Both the position numbers and the translations under genes were made by a program. From positions 82,920 through 146,919 of the forward strand of contig CAVSUW010000008.1 of NCBI GenBank assembly GCA_963731375.1: DNA of 64,000 nucleotides, read 5' to 3'. The notes beneath the pieces were generated by a model. It made no database searches, was not told the DNA's origin, and saw only the letters and a list, made by a program, of their open reading frames with translations. This document shows, piece after piece, positions 43,742-55,122 of this stretch; the first letter of the stretch is position 1; each line of letters starts with the position of its first letter. Origin of the DNA: Bryobacterales bacterium (GTDB lineage: Bacteria; Acidobacteriota; Terriglobia; Bryobacterales; Bryobacteraceae).

Positions 43742-44827
43742 ATGCAATACCAGCAAAAACTCGACGACATCGAACGCAAGTTCGAAGACCTGAACGGCCA
43801 GATGGCCGATCCGGCGGTCATCAGCGATTCTGCGCAGTATCGCAAGGTCAGCAAGGCGCACAACGAGCTGGCGGAGATCGTGAGCAAGTATCGCGACTGG
43901 AAGACCGCCACCCGGAATCTGGCGGAAGCGCGGCCGATGCTGACGGAGTCCGATCCCGAATTGCGCGGCATGGCCGAGGAAGAAGTGGCGCGCCTGGAGC
44001 CGGAGATCGCGCGCATCGAAGACGACCTGAAGATCCTGCTGCTGCCCAAGGACCCGCTGGACGAGAAAGACGTGGTGCTCGAAATCCGCGCCGGCACCGG
44101 CGGCGACGAAGCCACGCTGTTCGCCGACGAGATTTTCCGCATGTACTCGCGCTTCGCGGAAACGCGCGGCTGGAAGGTGGAAGTCACTTCCACCAGCGAA
44201 TCGGCGGTCGGCGGACTGAAGGAAGTGACGGCGCTGATCAGCGGCACCAAGGTTTACAGCCAGCTTAAATACGAAGCCGGCGTGCATCGCGTGCAGCGCG
44301 TGCCGGCCACCGAAACGCAGGGCCGCGTGCACACTTCGGCGGTGACGGTGGCGGTGCTGCCCGAGGCCGACGAAGTGGAAATCAGCGTCGAGGCGAAGGA
44401 CATTCGCATCGACACGTTTTGCTCCTCCGGGCCGGGCGGGCAGAGTGTGAACACCACCAAGTCGGCTGTGCGGCTCACGCACCTGCCGACGGGCACCATC
44501 GTTTCCTGCCAGGACGAGAAATCGCAAATCAAGAATCGCGCGCAGGCCATGCGCGTGCTGCGTTCGCGGCTTTACGAGATGGAACTCGAAAAGCAGCACG
44601 AAAAAATCGGCGCGGAGCGGCGCAGCATGGTCGGATCCGGCGACCGCAGCGAGAAAATCCGCACCTACAACTTCCCGCAGAATCGCGTGACGGATCACCG
44701 CATCGGCTTCACGCTGCATCAACTGGATCAGGTGATGGAAGGCAAGCTGGAGCCGTTCGTCGAGGCGCTCACCACCCACTTCCAGACGGAAAAGCTCAAA
44801 GAACAAGGCGCCGAGCAGGCGGCTTAG
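43742..44827 (+). CDS. prfA: peptide chain release factor 1
   Basis: Intact. PAT-type recognition region [21 protein letters not shown] motif [12 protein letters not shown]. Start is [11 protein letters not shown] at 43742. Confidence 0.95.
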   Translation: MQYQQKLDDIERKFEDLNGQMADPAVISDSAQYRKVSKAHNELAEIVSKYRDWKTATRNLAEARPMLTESDPELRGMAEEEVARLEPEIARIEDDLKILLLPKDPLDEKDVVLEIRAGTGGDEATLFADEIFRMYSRFAETRGWKVEVTSTSESAVGGLKEVTALISGTKVYSQLKYEAGVHRVQRVPATETQGRVHTSAVTVAVLPEADEVEISVEAKDIRIDTFCSSGPGGQSVNTTKSAVRLTHLPTGTIVSCQDEKSQIKNRAQAMRVLRSRLYEMELEKQHEKIGAERRSMVGSGDRSEKIRTYNFPQNRVTDHRIGFTLHQLDQVMEGKLEPFVEALTTHFQTEKLKEQGAEQAA

Positions 44828-44857
44828 GTCCAGCCGGTTGACGGCTGGCAACCGACC

Positions 44858-45676
44858 ATGACCGTCCGCACGGCCCTTCTCCAAGGCCAGCAACTTCTCG
44901 AACAAGCTAATGTTGGCGATGCCGCGCTTAACCGCGGAAGTGCTGCTGATGCGGGCCACCGGTCATGACCGGGCATGGCTCTACGCACACGGCAATGACG
45001 AGCTGATCGAAGTCTGGTGGATCCACTACGGGCGCTACCTGCACCAGCGGATCAAGGGCGAGCCCACGCAGTACATCACCGGACGCCAGGAATTTTACGG
45101 CCGCGAGTTCCGGGTGACGCCGGATGTGCTGATTCCCCGCCCCGAGACCGAACATCGTTGTAGAAGCCGCTCTGGCTCACGCCAGCGCGACCACGATCCT
45201 CGACATCGGCACCGGTTCGGGCGCGATTGCGGTGACGCTGGCGCTCGAAACCAAAGCGCGCGTGATCAGCCACCGACATTTCGCTCGCCGCGCTGCGGAT
45301 CGCTCAACAGAATGCCCAGGCGCTGGGTGCGCAGGTCGCCTTCATGGCGTGCGATCTAGGCGCGCGCCTTCGCGGATGGATCGTTCGATCTGGTGGTTTC
45401 GAATCCGCCGTATATCGCGGTGCGCGATCGCGCGTCGCTTCAACCAGAAGTCCGCGACCACGAGCCTGCGCTCGCGCTCTTCGGCGGCGACGACGGGCTC
45501 GCGATTTATCAGCGCTTGATCCCCGAAGCGGCACGGCTGCTGCGGCCCGGCGGCTGGCTTATGATGGAACTCGGCGACGCCGTCGCGGTGCGCGAAATGT
45601 GCGCCAATTGGACCGGTGTGGAAATCTGAACGACCTGGCGGGTATCCCGCGGGTGCTCATCGCAAGAAAGCCATGA
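44858..45676 (+). CDS. prmC: release-factor glutamine N5-methyltransferase, frame-disrupted
   Basis: GEPTQYITGRQEFYGREFRVTPDVLIPRPETE, ILDIGTGSGAIAV, catalytic VSNPPYI, GGWLMMELG. At least 4 frame switches. The end overlaps the dinB start (ATGA). Confidence 0.85.
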
Positions 45677-46933
45677 GAACGTACTTTCACCTCGACATGG
45701 ACGCGTTCTTCGTCTCGGTGGAAGAGCTGTTCGATCCTTCGCTCAAAGGCAAGCCGGTGGTGGTCGGCGGCAAGTCCAACGAGCGCGGCGTGGTCTCGGC
45801 CGCATCTTATGCGGCGCGCAAGTTCGGCGTACATTCGGCCATGCCGCTGCGGACCGCATACAAATTGTGCCCGCAGGCGATCTTCGTCGAGGGCCATCGC
45901 GAGCGCTACGTCGAATACTCGGGCAAAGTCTACGAGGTGCTGCAGAAGTTCTCGCCGCGGGTCGAGATGGCCTCGATCGACGAAGCCTATCTGGATCTGA
46001 CCGGCACCGAGAGGCTGCTGGGACCTCCGCTGGCCGCGGCGCACGCGCTGCACAATGCCGTCCGCGGCGCCACCAAATTGAACTGTTCGATCGGTGCGGC
46101 GTCATCGCGCTTGGTCGCCAAGATCGCGTCGGATCAGGCCAAGCCGCACGGCATTCTGTGGATCTTCCCGGGCTGCGAGGCGCGCTTTCTGGCTCCGCTC
46201 GACGTGCGCAAGATCCCCGGCGTCGGCAAGGTGACGGAGCGCAATCTGCACGACTGCGGCATCCGCAAGATCGGCGATCTGGCGCGGCTGGAGCAGTCGT
46301 TCCTCGAAGAACGCTTCGGGAAATGGGGACTGGCACTCGCCGGCAAGTCTCGCGGCGAAGACGCCGGTGGCTGGTTCGACGGCGAGATCGGCGAGGGCGA
46401 CGATCCCGAAATCCATCAGCCATGAGCACACGTTCTCGGTCGACACGGCCGACGCGAGTGCGCTCGACGCGATGCTGGTGCGGCTTTCCGAAATGGTCTC
46501 GCGCCGCCTGCGCGATCACCATTTGCATGCGCGCACGGTGCAGATCAAGCTGCGCTATACGGATTTCTCCACCTTCACTCGCGCGCGCACGCTGGATCAC
46601 GCGACGCAGATCGACACGGAATTCGCCGCCGCGGTGCGCGATCTCTTTCACAAGAACTGGACCGGAAAACCGATCCGCCTGCTGGGCGTCTACGCGCAAT
46701 CGCTCGAAAGCGGCGAGGGGCAGACCAACCTGCTCGACGAAAACAAGACCGAGCGCTGGCGCAAAACGCTGGCGGCGGTGGACAAGATGCGCGAAAAGTA
46801 TGGCGACACCACGGTCTCGCTCGCCGCCGGTCTGAAGGCGGCGTTTCGTGCTAGAGTGCATGAAAATCCGGAGAATCTGCCGGGGAAGGACCCGCGAAAA
46901 AAAGATTCGGAGAAGGAATCGAAGCATGAGTGA
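45673..46933 (+). CDS. dinB: DNA polymerase IV (Y-family), one frame switch
   Basis: HLDMDAFFVSVEE, GVVSAASYAARKFGVHSAMP, ASIDEAYLD, SIGAASSRLVAKIASD, IPGVGKV. Switch near 46400. Lys/Glu-rich C-terminal tail. Confidence 0.9.
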
Positions 46934-47454
46934 CGACATTCGCTATCCGGTAGGCCCATGCGTCTGGTCCCCTGAATTGACCGCCGAAGAAAAGCGGCAG
47001 CATCTTCGCGACATCGCCGAAATGCCCGCGAAGTTACGCGCGGCCGTGGCGGGACTCGCGCCGCAGCATCTCGACATTCCCTATCGCGAAGGCGGCTGGA
47101 CCATCCGCCAGATCGTGCATCACATCCCGGAAAGCCACATGAACAGCTACGTGCGCTTCAAGCTGGCGCTGACGGAAGATCAACCCACCATCAAGCCTTA
47201 CGATGAAAGGCTGTGGGCCGAGACGTCCGGATGCCCTCACCGGGCCCATCGAAATGTCGCTGGATCTGGCGGACGCGCTGCACAGCCGCTGGAGCCTGGT
47301 GCTGAACAACATGACCGACGCGGACTTCGAGAAATCGATCCGTCATCCCGAGATCGGCGTGCTGAAGCTGAAGAGCATGCTCGCAGGTTATGGCTGGCAT
47401 TGCCGGCATCACGTGGCGCAGATTGTGGCCACGCGCCAGCGCATGGGCTGGTAG
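46926..47454 (+). CDS. DinB/YfiT-family metal-dependent (thiol transferase-like) protein, one frame switch
   Basis: GGWTIRQIVHHIPESHMNSYVRFKLAL, then after a switch near 47220: LAGYGWHCRHHVAQI (His triad typical of the family). Confidence 0.7.
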
Positions 47455-47498
47455 GGGAGGATCGGGCGACGGCTGGGTATCAGCGATGACGACGGCAA

Positions 47499-48017
47499 TT
47501 ACAATAAGCGAAGTTCCTTTCCGTCGCAGCTCCTCACCGTCACCTGTGCGAGCTTACCGTCCTTGAATTGAAACCTCACATCGGGGTGGCGTGCGTCAAA
47601 CCACTCGCGCACATTCGTGACGGATTCCGAGCAGTAATGAATCCCGGACCAGTAATGCGGACCGACGAAATGAGTTTTTCGTTCAAGCACTTTTCCGTGG
47701 AGATCTCTAATCCAGAACGCATTCTCGGAACCACGATTCGATAGACCGACAATATATAGACCGTCGTCAGATGCCGTGACGTAATCTGCAAAATCATCCA
47801 CCGCAAAAAGCGTTTTGCCCCCTCGGTTGCAACTCAGAGTCATCCTCGTGCATCCAAGGACAGTCTGACGACAAGTTAATTGACCTGAATGGAAAATTTG
47901 GGGCGCTCCGTACCCGCATCCCCAAAAAACTCGGTCTGCCAATACTGACGATGGCAGCAAACCTAGAAAGAGCACGGCGGCGACACGTCTCTGGTAGTTG
48001 GATATCATTCGCGGCAT
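47499..48017 (-). CDS. hypothetical secreted Cys-containing protein in a lower-GC patch
   Basis: Intact ORF. Signal-like RRVAAVLFLGLLPSSVLA. No recognisable domain. AT-richer codons than the neighbours. Start chosen at an internal Met. Confidence 0.45.
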   Translation of the reverse strand: MPRMISNYQRRVAAVLFLGLLPSSVLADRVFWGCGYGAPQIFHSGQLTCRQTVLGCTRMTLSCNRGGKTLFAVDDFADYVTASDDGLYIVGLSNRGSENAFWIRDLHGKVLERKTHFVGPHYWSGIHYCSESVTNVREWFDARHPDVRFQFKDGKLAQVTVRSCDGKELRLL

Positions 48018-48356
48018 CCCCTTAGGATGCGTCCATCGACCATGGTAGCTCCGCGCCTTATAGTAAGTCAGCATCGCCTTGGGATCAAACTAAATAGCCA
48101 CCGAATATCGCCTGTGTTAAGGCACGACTGCATGGGGATGGTGGCATCCAAAGCGGCGACAAGGCTGGCTGACATAGCTGGGAAGCATCTTGACGAAATG
48201 GCTGCTTATAAAACGGCCTCGAAGCTGGCAGCTGTTAGGGCTATTTTCGATATCCGCGAGTCTCGCTCCGATACCTAGGTACCGCATGGGCTTGGTAGGC
48301 AGCGGCGCCATGCTAACTTGAAAGTACATGCGGACCATCGGAGCGCACCACCGCGG

Positions 48357-48980
48357 ATGAAGTTGCGCGCGGTTATTTTTGACTATGGCAACGTGATCTG
48401 CCGCCCGCCCTCTGAGCAGCAAATCGGCGAGGCGGCCGCGCTGTGCGGAATCACCGTCGACGAATTCCTGGAAGCTTTCTGGCGAAAGCGCCGCGAGTAC
48501 GATCGCGGGATCGATGCCCGGGAATACTGGAAGGAATTCGCCGAATACGTCGGGCGCGATTTCGACGACGCCCTGATCGACGAACTGATACGGCGCGAGG
48601 TCGATTTCTGGACCGTCTTCGACATGCGCGTGCTGAATTGGACGAAGGATCTGCGCCGCGCGGGCCTCAAAACCAGTATCCTTTCGAATCTGCCGCGTAC
48701 GCTCGGCGAACGACTGCGCGCCGAACAGGGTTTCCTCGATCACTTCGACCAAGTGACGTTCTCCTACGAGCTCGGCGTGATCAAGCCGGAGGCCGAGATT
48801 TACCACGATGCGATCCGCGGCTTGGGCGTCGAGCCCGTCGAAGCATTGTTCCTGGACGATCGTCCCGAGAACGTGGAAGGCGGACGCGCCGCCGGTATCC
48901 ACGCGGAAATCTTCACCACCTGGGAAGATTTTCTGGAGCGCGATCGGGCGCGCTACGGCCTGCCGGAACCGCGCGAATAA
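48357..48980 (+). CDS. HAD-superfamily hydrolase (subfamily IA)
   Basis: Intact. Motif I: VIFDYGNV. ILSN. Motif IV region: LFLDDRPENVEGGRAAG. Start is MKLRAV at 48357. Confidence 0.85.
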   Translation: MKLRAVIFDYGNVICRPPSEQQIGEAAALCGITVDEFLEAFWRKRREYDRGIDAREYWKEFAEYVGRDFDDALIDELIRREVDFWTVFDMRVLNWTKDLRRAGLKTSILSNLPRTLGERLRAEQGFLDHFDQVTFSYELGVIKPEAEIYHDAIRGLGVEPVEALFLDDRPENVEGGRAAGIHAEIFTTWEDFLERDRARYGLPEPRE

Positions 48981-49027
48981 ATCGCGCCCAGGCACCCTGA
49001 TACAATCCGGGTAGGACCAACGGCCTC

Positions 49028-50505
49028 ATGACTTATCCTTCCGGTCTTCCTCATACCCTTGGCAGTCTTCGCGCTTCCAACAAATATCAAGATACCCGCA
49101 GCGTCAAGGATGAGCTGCGCGAGAACCTGATCTGCAAGCTGGAAAAAAAGCAGGCGCTGTTCCCCGGCATCGTGGGCTACGAAGACACGGTGGCGCCGCA
49201 GGTGGTGAACGCGGTGCTCTCCAGGCACAACTTCATCCTGCTGGGCCTGCGCGGGCAGGCCAAGACCCGCCTGATCCGCATGCTGACGACGCTGCTCGAT
49301 GAATACGTGCCCTACATCGCGGGATGCGAGATCCACGATCATCCGTTCGCTCCCATCTGCAAGCCTTGCCGGACGCTGGTGCATGAGCGCGGCGACGCCA
49401 CGCCGATCGCATGGCTGGGCCGCGAAGAACGCTACGTCGAGAAGCTCGCGACGCCCGACGTGACCATCGCCGACATGATCGGCGACATCGATCCCATCAA
49501 GGCCGCGCGCACCGGCGAGACCATGGGCAGCGAGCTGACGGTGCACTACGGACTGCTGCCGCGCGCCAACCGCGGCATCTTCGCCATCAACGAACTGCCG
49601 GATCTGGCGGGCAAGATCCAGGTCGGCCTGTTCAACATCATGCAGGAAGGCGACGTGCAGATTAAGGGCTATCCGGTGCGCCTGCCTCTCGATGTGATGC
49701 TGGTGTTCACCGCCAATCCGGAAGATTACACGGCGCGCGGCAAGATCATCACGCCGCTCAAGGACCGCATCGGCAGCGAAATTCGCACGCATTATCCGGC
49801 GACGCTCGAACACGGCATCGAGATCACGGAGCAGGAATCCTGGACCGAGCGGAAGTCGCCTGCCGAGCTGCGCATTCCGGATTACATTCGCGAGGTCATC
49901 GAACAGATCGCGTTCTCGGCGCGCGAAGACAAGCGTGTGGATAAACGCTCCGGCGTCAGCCAGCGCCTGCCGATATCGGTGCTCGAAAACGTGACTTCGA
50001 ACGCCGAGCGCCGCGCGCTGATGGCCGGCGAGTCGGTCGCAGTGCCGCGCGTGCTGGATGTCTACGCCGGGCTGCCGTCGATCACCGGCAAGCTGGAGCT
50101 CGAATACGAGGGCGAACTCAAGGGCGGCGACGCGGTGGCGCGCGAATTGATCCGCTTGGCCGTGGGCAAGGTCTTCAACACCTATTTCGAAGGCGAGAAT
50201 CTCAACAACGTCGTGCAGTGGTTCGAGCTGGGCGGAACGCTGAAGCTGGATGAAGGCGTGTCATCGGAACAGATGGTCGAGCAGCTTGTCGGGAATCCAG
50301 GGCCTGATGGAGAAAACCAAGCAGCTGGGCCTTGAGCGCGAGCGAACCTGACGCCGTGCGCGCCGGCGCCGGCGAGTTCATTCTGGAAGGCCTGTACGCG
50401 CACAAACGCATCAGCCGCAATGAAGAGGCGGGCTTCACCGCGGGCGAGCGCCGCCGCGAGCCGCCCGACGAAGGCAAAGCCAAACCCAAAAGGCAATATC
50501 AGTGA
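49028..50505 (+). CDS. ChlI/Mg-chelatase-like AAA+ ATPase, one frame switch near the C-terminus
   Basis: Degenerate Walker [12 protein letters not shown]. Cys/His knuckle: [15 protein letters not shown]. Walker B/sensor: [21 protein letters not shown]. Inferred end KAKPKRQYQ-stop at 50505, overlapping the next GTG. Confidence 0.75.
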
Positions 50506-51722
50506 AGTCCATTCGCTACGGGCGCTACACCGGGGAGGACTTCGGTCTCAGCACCGAAGACCTGCTCAAAGCCCTGGCGGATTTCTTTCTCAACAGCGGG
50601 TTCGACAACCCGTACATGCGCTTCAGCGAGTTCAATCAGCACACGCTCGAAGACCTGAAGCGCGCGCTCGAAGACGCGATTTTGAACGGCGAGATGTTCG
50701 ATCCGGAGCGCGCCGAGCAGATCCGCAAGCAACTGGAGAACATGTCGGGTGAGGAGATCGATCAGCTTCTCAATCGCCTGGTGCAGAAGCTGGTGGACGA
50801 AGGCTACATCAATACCGAGCCGCAGAATGGCGGGCCCGGCGGCGAGGGCGACGGAGAAGTCGAGGTCCAGATCACCGACAAGAGCATCGACTTCCTGGGC
50901 TACAAAACGCTGAAGGATCTGCTGGGATCGCTCGGACGTTCGAGTTTCGGCGCGCACGACACGCGCGACATGGCCACCGGCGTCGAAGCCAGCGGCGCAT
51001 CGAAGGTCTACGAGTTTGGCGATTCGATGAATCTGGACGTGAACACCACGCTTGTTCTCCGCGCTCAGCCGCGAGGGACTGAAGCTGCCGATCAATCTCG
51101 AGTATCGCGACCTGCACGTGCATCAGTCGGAATACCAAAGCTCCTGCGCGACGGTGCTGATGCTCGACTGCAGCCACAGCATGATCCTCTACGGCGAAGA
51201 CCGCTTCACGCCGGCGAAGAAAGTGGCGATGGCCTGGCGCATCTGATCCGCACCCAGTATCCCGGCGATTCGCTGCGCTGCGTGCTGTTCCACGATTCGG
51301 CCGAGGAGCTGCGCATCGAGGATCTGGCGCGAGTGCAGGTGGGCCCGTATTACACCAACACTCGCGAAGGCCTGATTCTGGCGCAGCGGCTGCTGGCGCA
51401 AGAGAAGAAAGACATGAAGCAGATCATCATGATCACCGACGGCAAGCCCAGCGCGCTGACGCTCGAAGACGGGCGCGTTTATAAGAATGCGTTCGGCCTC
51501 GACCCGCTGGTGATCAGCCGCACGCTCGAAGAAGTGAGCCGCTGCAAGCGCCAGGGGATTCTGATCAACACCTTCATGCTGGCCAGCGATTACGGGCTGG
51601 TGAACTTCATCCAGAAGGTGACCGAGCTGTGCCGCGGCAAGGCGTATTTCACGACGCCGTACACGCTCGGGCAGTATCTATTGATGGACTACATGAATCG
51701 CAAGACGCGCACGATTCATTGA
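50502..51722 (+). CDS. von Willebrand factor A (CoxE-like) domain protein, frame-disrupted
   Basis: MIDAS DxSxS: [10 protein letters not shown] (middle fragment 51052-51246). [10 protein letters not shown]. Translationally coupled to the AAA+ gene. Confidence 0.75.
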   Translation: MKSIRYGRYTGEDFGLSTEDLLKALADFFLNSGFDNPYMRFSEFNQHTLEDLKRALEDAILNGEMFDPERAEQIRKQLENMSGEEIDQLLNRLVQKLVDEGYINTEPQNGGPGGEGDGEVEVQITDKSIDFLGYKTLKDLLGSLGRSSFGAHDTRDMATGVEASGASKVYEFGDSMNLDVNTTLVLRAQPRGTEAADQSRVSRPARASVGIPKLLRDGADARLQPQHDPLRRRPLHAGEESGDGLAHLIRTQYPGDSLRCVLFHDSAEELRIEDLARVQVGPYYTNTREGLILAQRLLAQEKKDMKQIIMITDGKPSALTLEDGRVYKNAFGLDPLVISRTLEEVSRCKRQGILINTFMLASDYGLVNFIQKVTELCRGKAYFTTPYTLGQYLLMDYMNRKTRTIH

Positions 51723-51734
51723 GCTCGACACCAG

Positions 51735-52349
51735 TTATTCGTCCCTCATCTCGTGCATCCACTCATTGACGTCTTGCTTGCCCCCGGGAAACGTCCCCAG
51801 CACACCGGCATATTTCTTAAACTGACTTTCCCGTACTCGCAGCGCCTTGTTCCACTCGCGCAATCCCATCACGCACAGCAGCAAAAATACGAAGTACAGC
51901 CCCGAAGTCAGCCACAGGTGCTTATAGATGTAGAGCGGGATATAGATCATGTCGGCCACGATCCAGATCCACCACGACTCCAGATATTTCTTCGTCTGTC
52001 CGTAGATGGCGGCCAGAGAGAGCGCAGTGGTAAAGCCGTCCCAGCCGGGCACGGTCGAATCCGTGAAGCGGCGCAAGAAAAGTGCGAGCGCGAAGGCCGC
52101 GGCGATGGTCGCGGGCGTCAGCCAGATCCACGTGGCGCGCTGAGTCCGCGTGACGCTCAGCTCGGCGCGCGCACCGGGATGCGCCCAGGTCCACCAGCCG
52201 TAGATCCCCAGCGTGATGTACACCAACTGCAACCCGGCGTCGCCATAGAGGCCGGCCGTGACGAATACCGCGACATAGAGAGCATTGTTGGCCAGCCCCA
52301 CCGGCCAGTTCCAGATGTTCTGCCGGGCCAGCAGCCACACATTGACCAC
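51735..52349 (-). CDS. pnuC: PnuC-family nicotinamide riboside (or related vitamin) transporter
   Basis: NVWLLARQNIWNWPVGLANNALYVAVF...GLYGDAGLQLVYITLGIYGWWTW, WIWIVADMIYIPLY. The native start is probably ATG at ~52391 (MS-LTEILGFLTGV), reached by removing one base. Confidence 0.8.
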   Translation of the reverse strand: MVNVWLLARQNIWNWPVGLANNALYVAVFVTAGLYGDAGLQLVYITLGIYGWWTWAHPGARAELSVTRTQRATWIWLTPATIAAAFALALFLRRFTDSTVPGWDGFTTALSLAAIYGQTKKYLESWWIWIVADMIYIPLYIYKHLWLTSGLYFVFLLLCVMGLREWNKALRVRESQFKKYAGVLGTFPGGKQDVNEWMHEMRDE

Positions 52350-52921
52350 GCCGGTGAGGAACCCCAGTATCTCAGTGAGGAGACATCCTCACTTGAGGAT
52401 CGCAGATCAGCGGCCGAACACGCCTTCAACGGCGCCGACCAGCGTGCAGATGAAAATGTGCGCGAAGAGGCCGTAGTGGATCCAGCGGCGAGTGTAGCGG
52501 ACAACCAAAGCGACGTCGCTCATAAGCCACGTCTACTGTGGCTCACGATGGGCCTTAGTACCAATAGGCTAGGTCCGCCGATTTCAGGGAGTACAGGTGG
52601 GAAAAGTTTTAGTACGGAGGCGTGGGGCCTGCCAAACAAAAAACCCCTCTGTTGCAACTTGCCCAGACGATCAAACAAGCGGCGGAAACTTTCGGACAAC
52701 TACTTCCCGCAAGCACACTGCAAAAATACCGCTTATCTCTCGTCCGCACCCGTTGCAAGCAGAGGGCAGGTGTTCAAGAGTTACTGCATCAATTCGTTTT
52801 CTAGGGTAGCACGCACATCGCCAGCGCCGCCACCGTCTGGTTTCAAAGACATAGGGCCTTTCGGCGGCTGCTGATTGGGTGGGGCTGCCCCAGGGGTGTG
52901 TCGCTATGACACAATTGGGCC

Positions 52922-54344
52922 GTGGTGCGGATTCCACTCGCCATCCTGCTGTTCGCGGCCCCCCTTTTCGCCCAAAGCGACGAGTTCCGGGTGTATACCG
53001 ACGCGCCGCGCCTGCTTGCTGACTCCCCAGCGCCTGCGCCTGCTCCAGCGCGAGCACCAGCGCGATTCGCTGCGCTGGAACATCGTGGACGCGCTGATTT
53101 CGGGCGGCGCGGTCCTGCCGGAACCAGGATTCGCCTGGGCCCTCTACTACCGGGCCACCGGGGACCTGTCTTGGGGCAAGAAGGCTGTCGATTGGGCGCT
53201 GGGAGCGAGCGCCACCGATCTGCGTCAGCTCGCCCTGGTCTACGATTGGTGCGGCCCCGCGATGACCGCCGAGCAGAGCACCAGCCTGGCCGCGAAGCTG
53301 CAGCGCGCGCTATCGGCAGCGGCTCCAACCGACATACGACAGCAGCGCTCGCGGGTGTTCGCGACGATCGCATTGGCCGACCGTCTTCCCGATCGCGGCG
53401 AGTCCGTCATGAAGCCTCTAGTCGAGCAATGGTGGCGCGGCGACATCGCCAAGAAGCTCAAGGCCGGAGTGCCCGCCATTCCGCGGGACCAGACTTACGC
53501 CTTTATGGAATTGCTGCATGCCGTGCGCGACAGCCTGAACATCGACCTGCGCGAAGACGCACCGGATTATTTCAAGGCGCTGCCGACCGAACACCTGGAA
53601 GGCCACTACCCCGCCCCCTATCCGACACCCGAAAACGACTTCCGCATACCGGTCTATGTACGCGACGGCGAGCCTGATCTCAACGAAGCCGCACTTTCGC
53701 GCGCCGCCGAGTTCGCCATGGTGGCCTACGATAGCAACGCGCTCGAAAACCAATACCTGCAAGGATGGCTGATGCAGGATCGCTTCCTGATGCGCGGCGG
53801 CTTCGGCGTCCCTTACGAATTCCTGTGGGCCAATCCGTATCAGCCGGGCCTGAGTTATTTCCGGATGCCGCTGGTGTATCACGATGCGCTCACCGGCCAC
53901 TTCTTCGCGCGCACCAGTTGGGATGAGGACGCGACCTGGCTGGGCTACTTCGACGGGCACCTGCAAACCTTCAACGACGGCAAGATCGAGACGCTGAAGG
54001 CCGGCGCCGCCACCGAGCCGGTGCATGTGGGCGAGGCCGTCATCTTGAGCGCGCGCGCGAAAGACGCCACCCGTTTTCGCGCCGACTCCGAGGCGGTGTT
54101 CGTGCTGAATCTCACGCCGCGCGCCCACTACGATGTCGAGATCGACGACCAGGAACTGAGCGAAGGAGAGACCGACAACGGAGGCACCATGGTGCTCACG
54201 CTGCCGGAAGGGATCGAGACCGGGATTCGTGTGAAAGCAGCGCGCGCAGTAGCTGCTAGAGCGGCCGGTCCGGCGTCGCAATCGAGCGCCACATGTGCGC
54301 CACCGGGCTATTGTCGAATCCCAAGCCCTCTTTCGGCTGCTTGA
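52922..54344 (+). CDS. hypothetical secreted protein, one frame switch after the signal peptide
   Basis: GTG start. VRIPLAILLFAAPLFAQS in frame 52922, the rest in frame 52875-54344. No domain recognised. Its 3' end overlaps the convergent gene by 88 nt, so the stop is probably misplaced. Confidence 0.55.
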
Positions 54345-55110
54345 AATGGCGACCGATGATGTCGGTGAATTCCTCAAGCTGCGGATTCACGCCGGGCTCG
54401 AACGAATACAGATCGTTCACCGTCACCATGCGGGTTTCGAAATACCACTTGTGATTGCGAACCATCTGGTAGGCGGCTTCGATGTACGGCTCCGGCTTAT
54501 AATCCTCACCGAAAAACATTCGATAGATCTCAGGGTATTCGTAGCCGTACTCCTTGTCTTCATAGAATCGCAGGGCCTGATGATAGCGGATCGCGAAGGC
54601 GACCTTCTCGGAAACATACGGCTCATAAAGCTGCGCGCTCCACCAGCCGTGATCGACCTTGATCAATTCCTGAATGGTGTCGTGGAGCAGGCACGCCAGG
54701 ATAATCTCCTCCGACAGTCCATTCTTCATCGCAAGGTTCGCGCTTTGCAGCACGTGATTGCCTGTGAAAGTGAAGCGCTGTTTGAAATAATCGGCCAGCG
54801 TCGGCCGGGCCGGCATAGGCGGCAGTTTCGGCACGTTGCCGGTGTGCGATAGAAACAGGTTGCCCACGCCGCGGCGGTAGTCGCGAGTCTCAATCTGCGC
54901 TTCGATTTCAGCCATGGTCGGATACTTGCCCGACGCATCCAGCGCAATCCCCGGCTCGTTCAAGCCCTTCAGCGCGAGGCCGAACTTCTGCTGGTTCAGC
55001 CTCTTCATCATGAAATCTTCGATCGCGTCCGCCTGGGCTTCCGGGTTCATGGAATCTACAGCGGAGGGGCCGCCCAGACTTGCGATAAATTCTTTTTTGT
55101 CGATTTTCAT
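54256..55110 (-). CDS. HD-domain-like metal-dependent protein (function unknown)
   Basis: Intact 284 aa. H...HD signature (NHVLQSANLA...ILACLLHDT), with further His in VDHGWW and IRYHQAL. No signal peptide. Confidence 0.5.
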   Translation of the reverse strand: MKIDKKEFIASLGGPSAVDSMNPEAQADAIEDFMMKRLNQQKFGLALKGLNEPGIALDASGKYPTMAEIEAQIETRDYRRGVGNLFLSHTGNVPKLPPMPARPTLADYFKQRFTFTGNHVLQSANLAMKNGLSEEIILACLLHDTIQELIKVDHGWWSAQLYEPYVSEKVAFAIRYHQALRFYEDKEYGYEYPEIYRMFFGEDYKPEPYIEAAYQMVRNHKWYFETRMVTVNDLYSFEPGVNPQLEEFTDIIGRHFKQPKEGLGFDNSPVAHMWRSIATPDRPL

Positions 55111-55122
55111 GGGCGTCTACCC

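Noticed and set aside
52622-52804. 60-aa helical-looking small ORF in the pnuC upstream spacer
   Set aside because: AT-rich third positions unlike the local genes, and a GGAGG only 1 nt from the GTG. The region is treated as non-coding (see finding).
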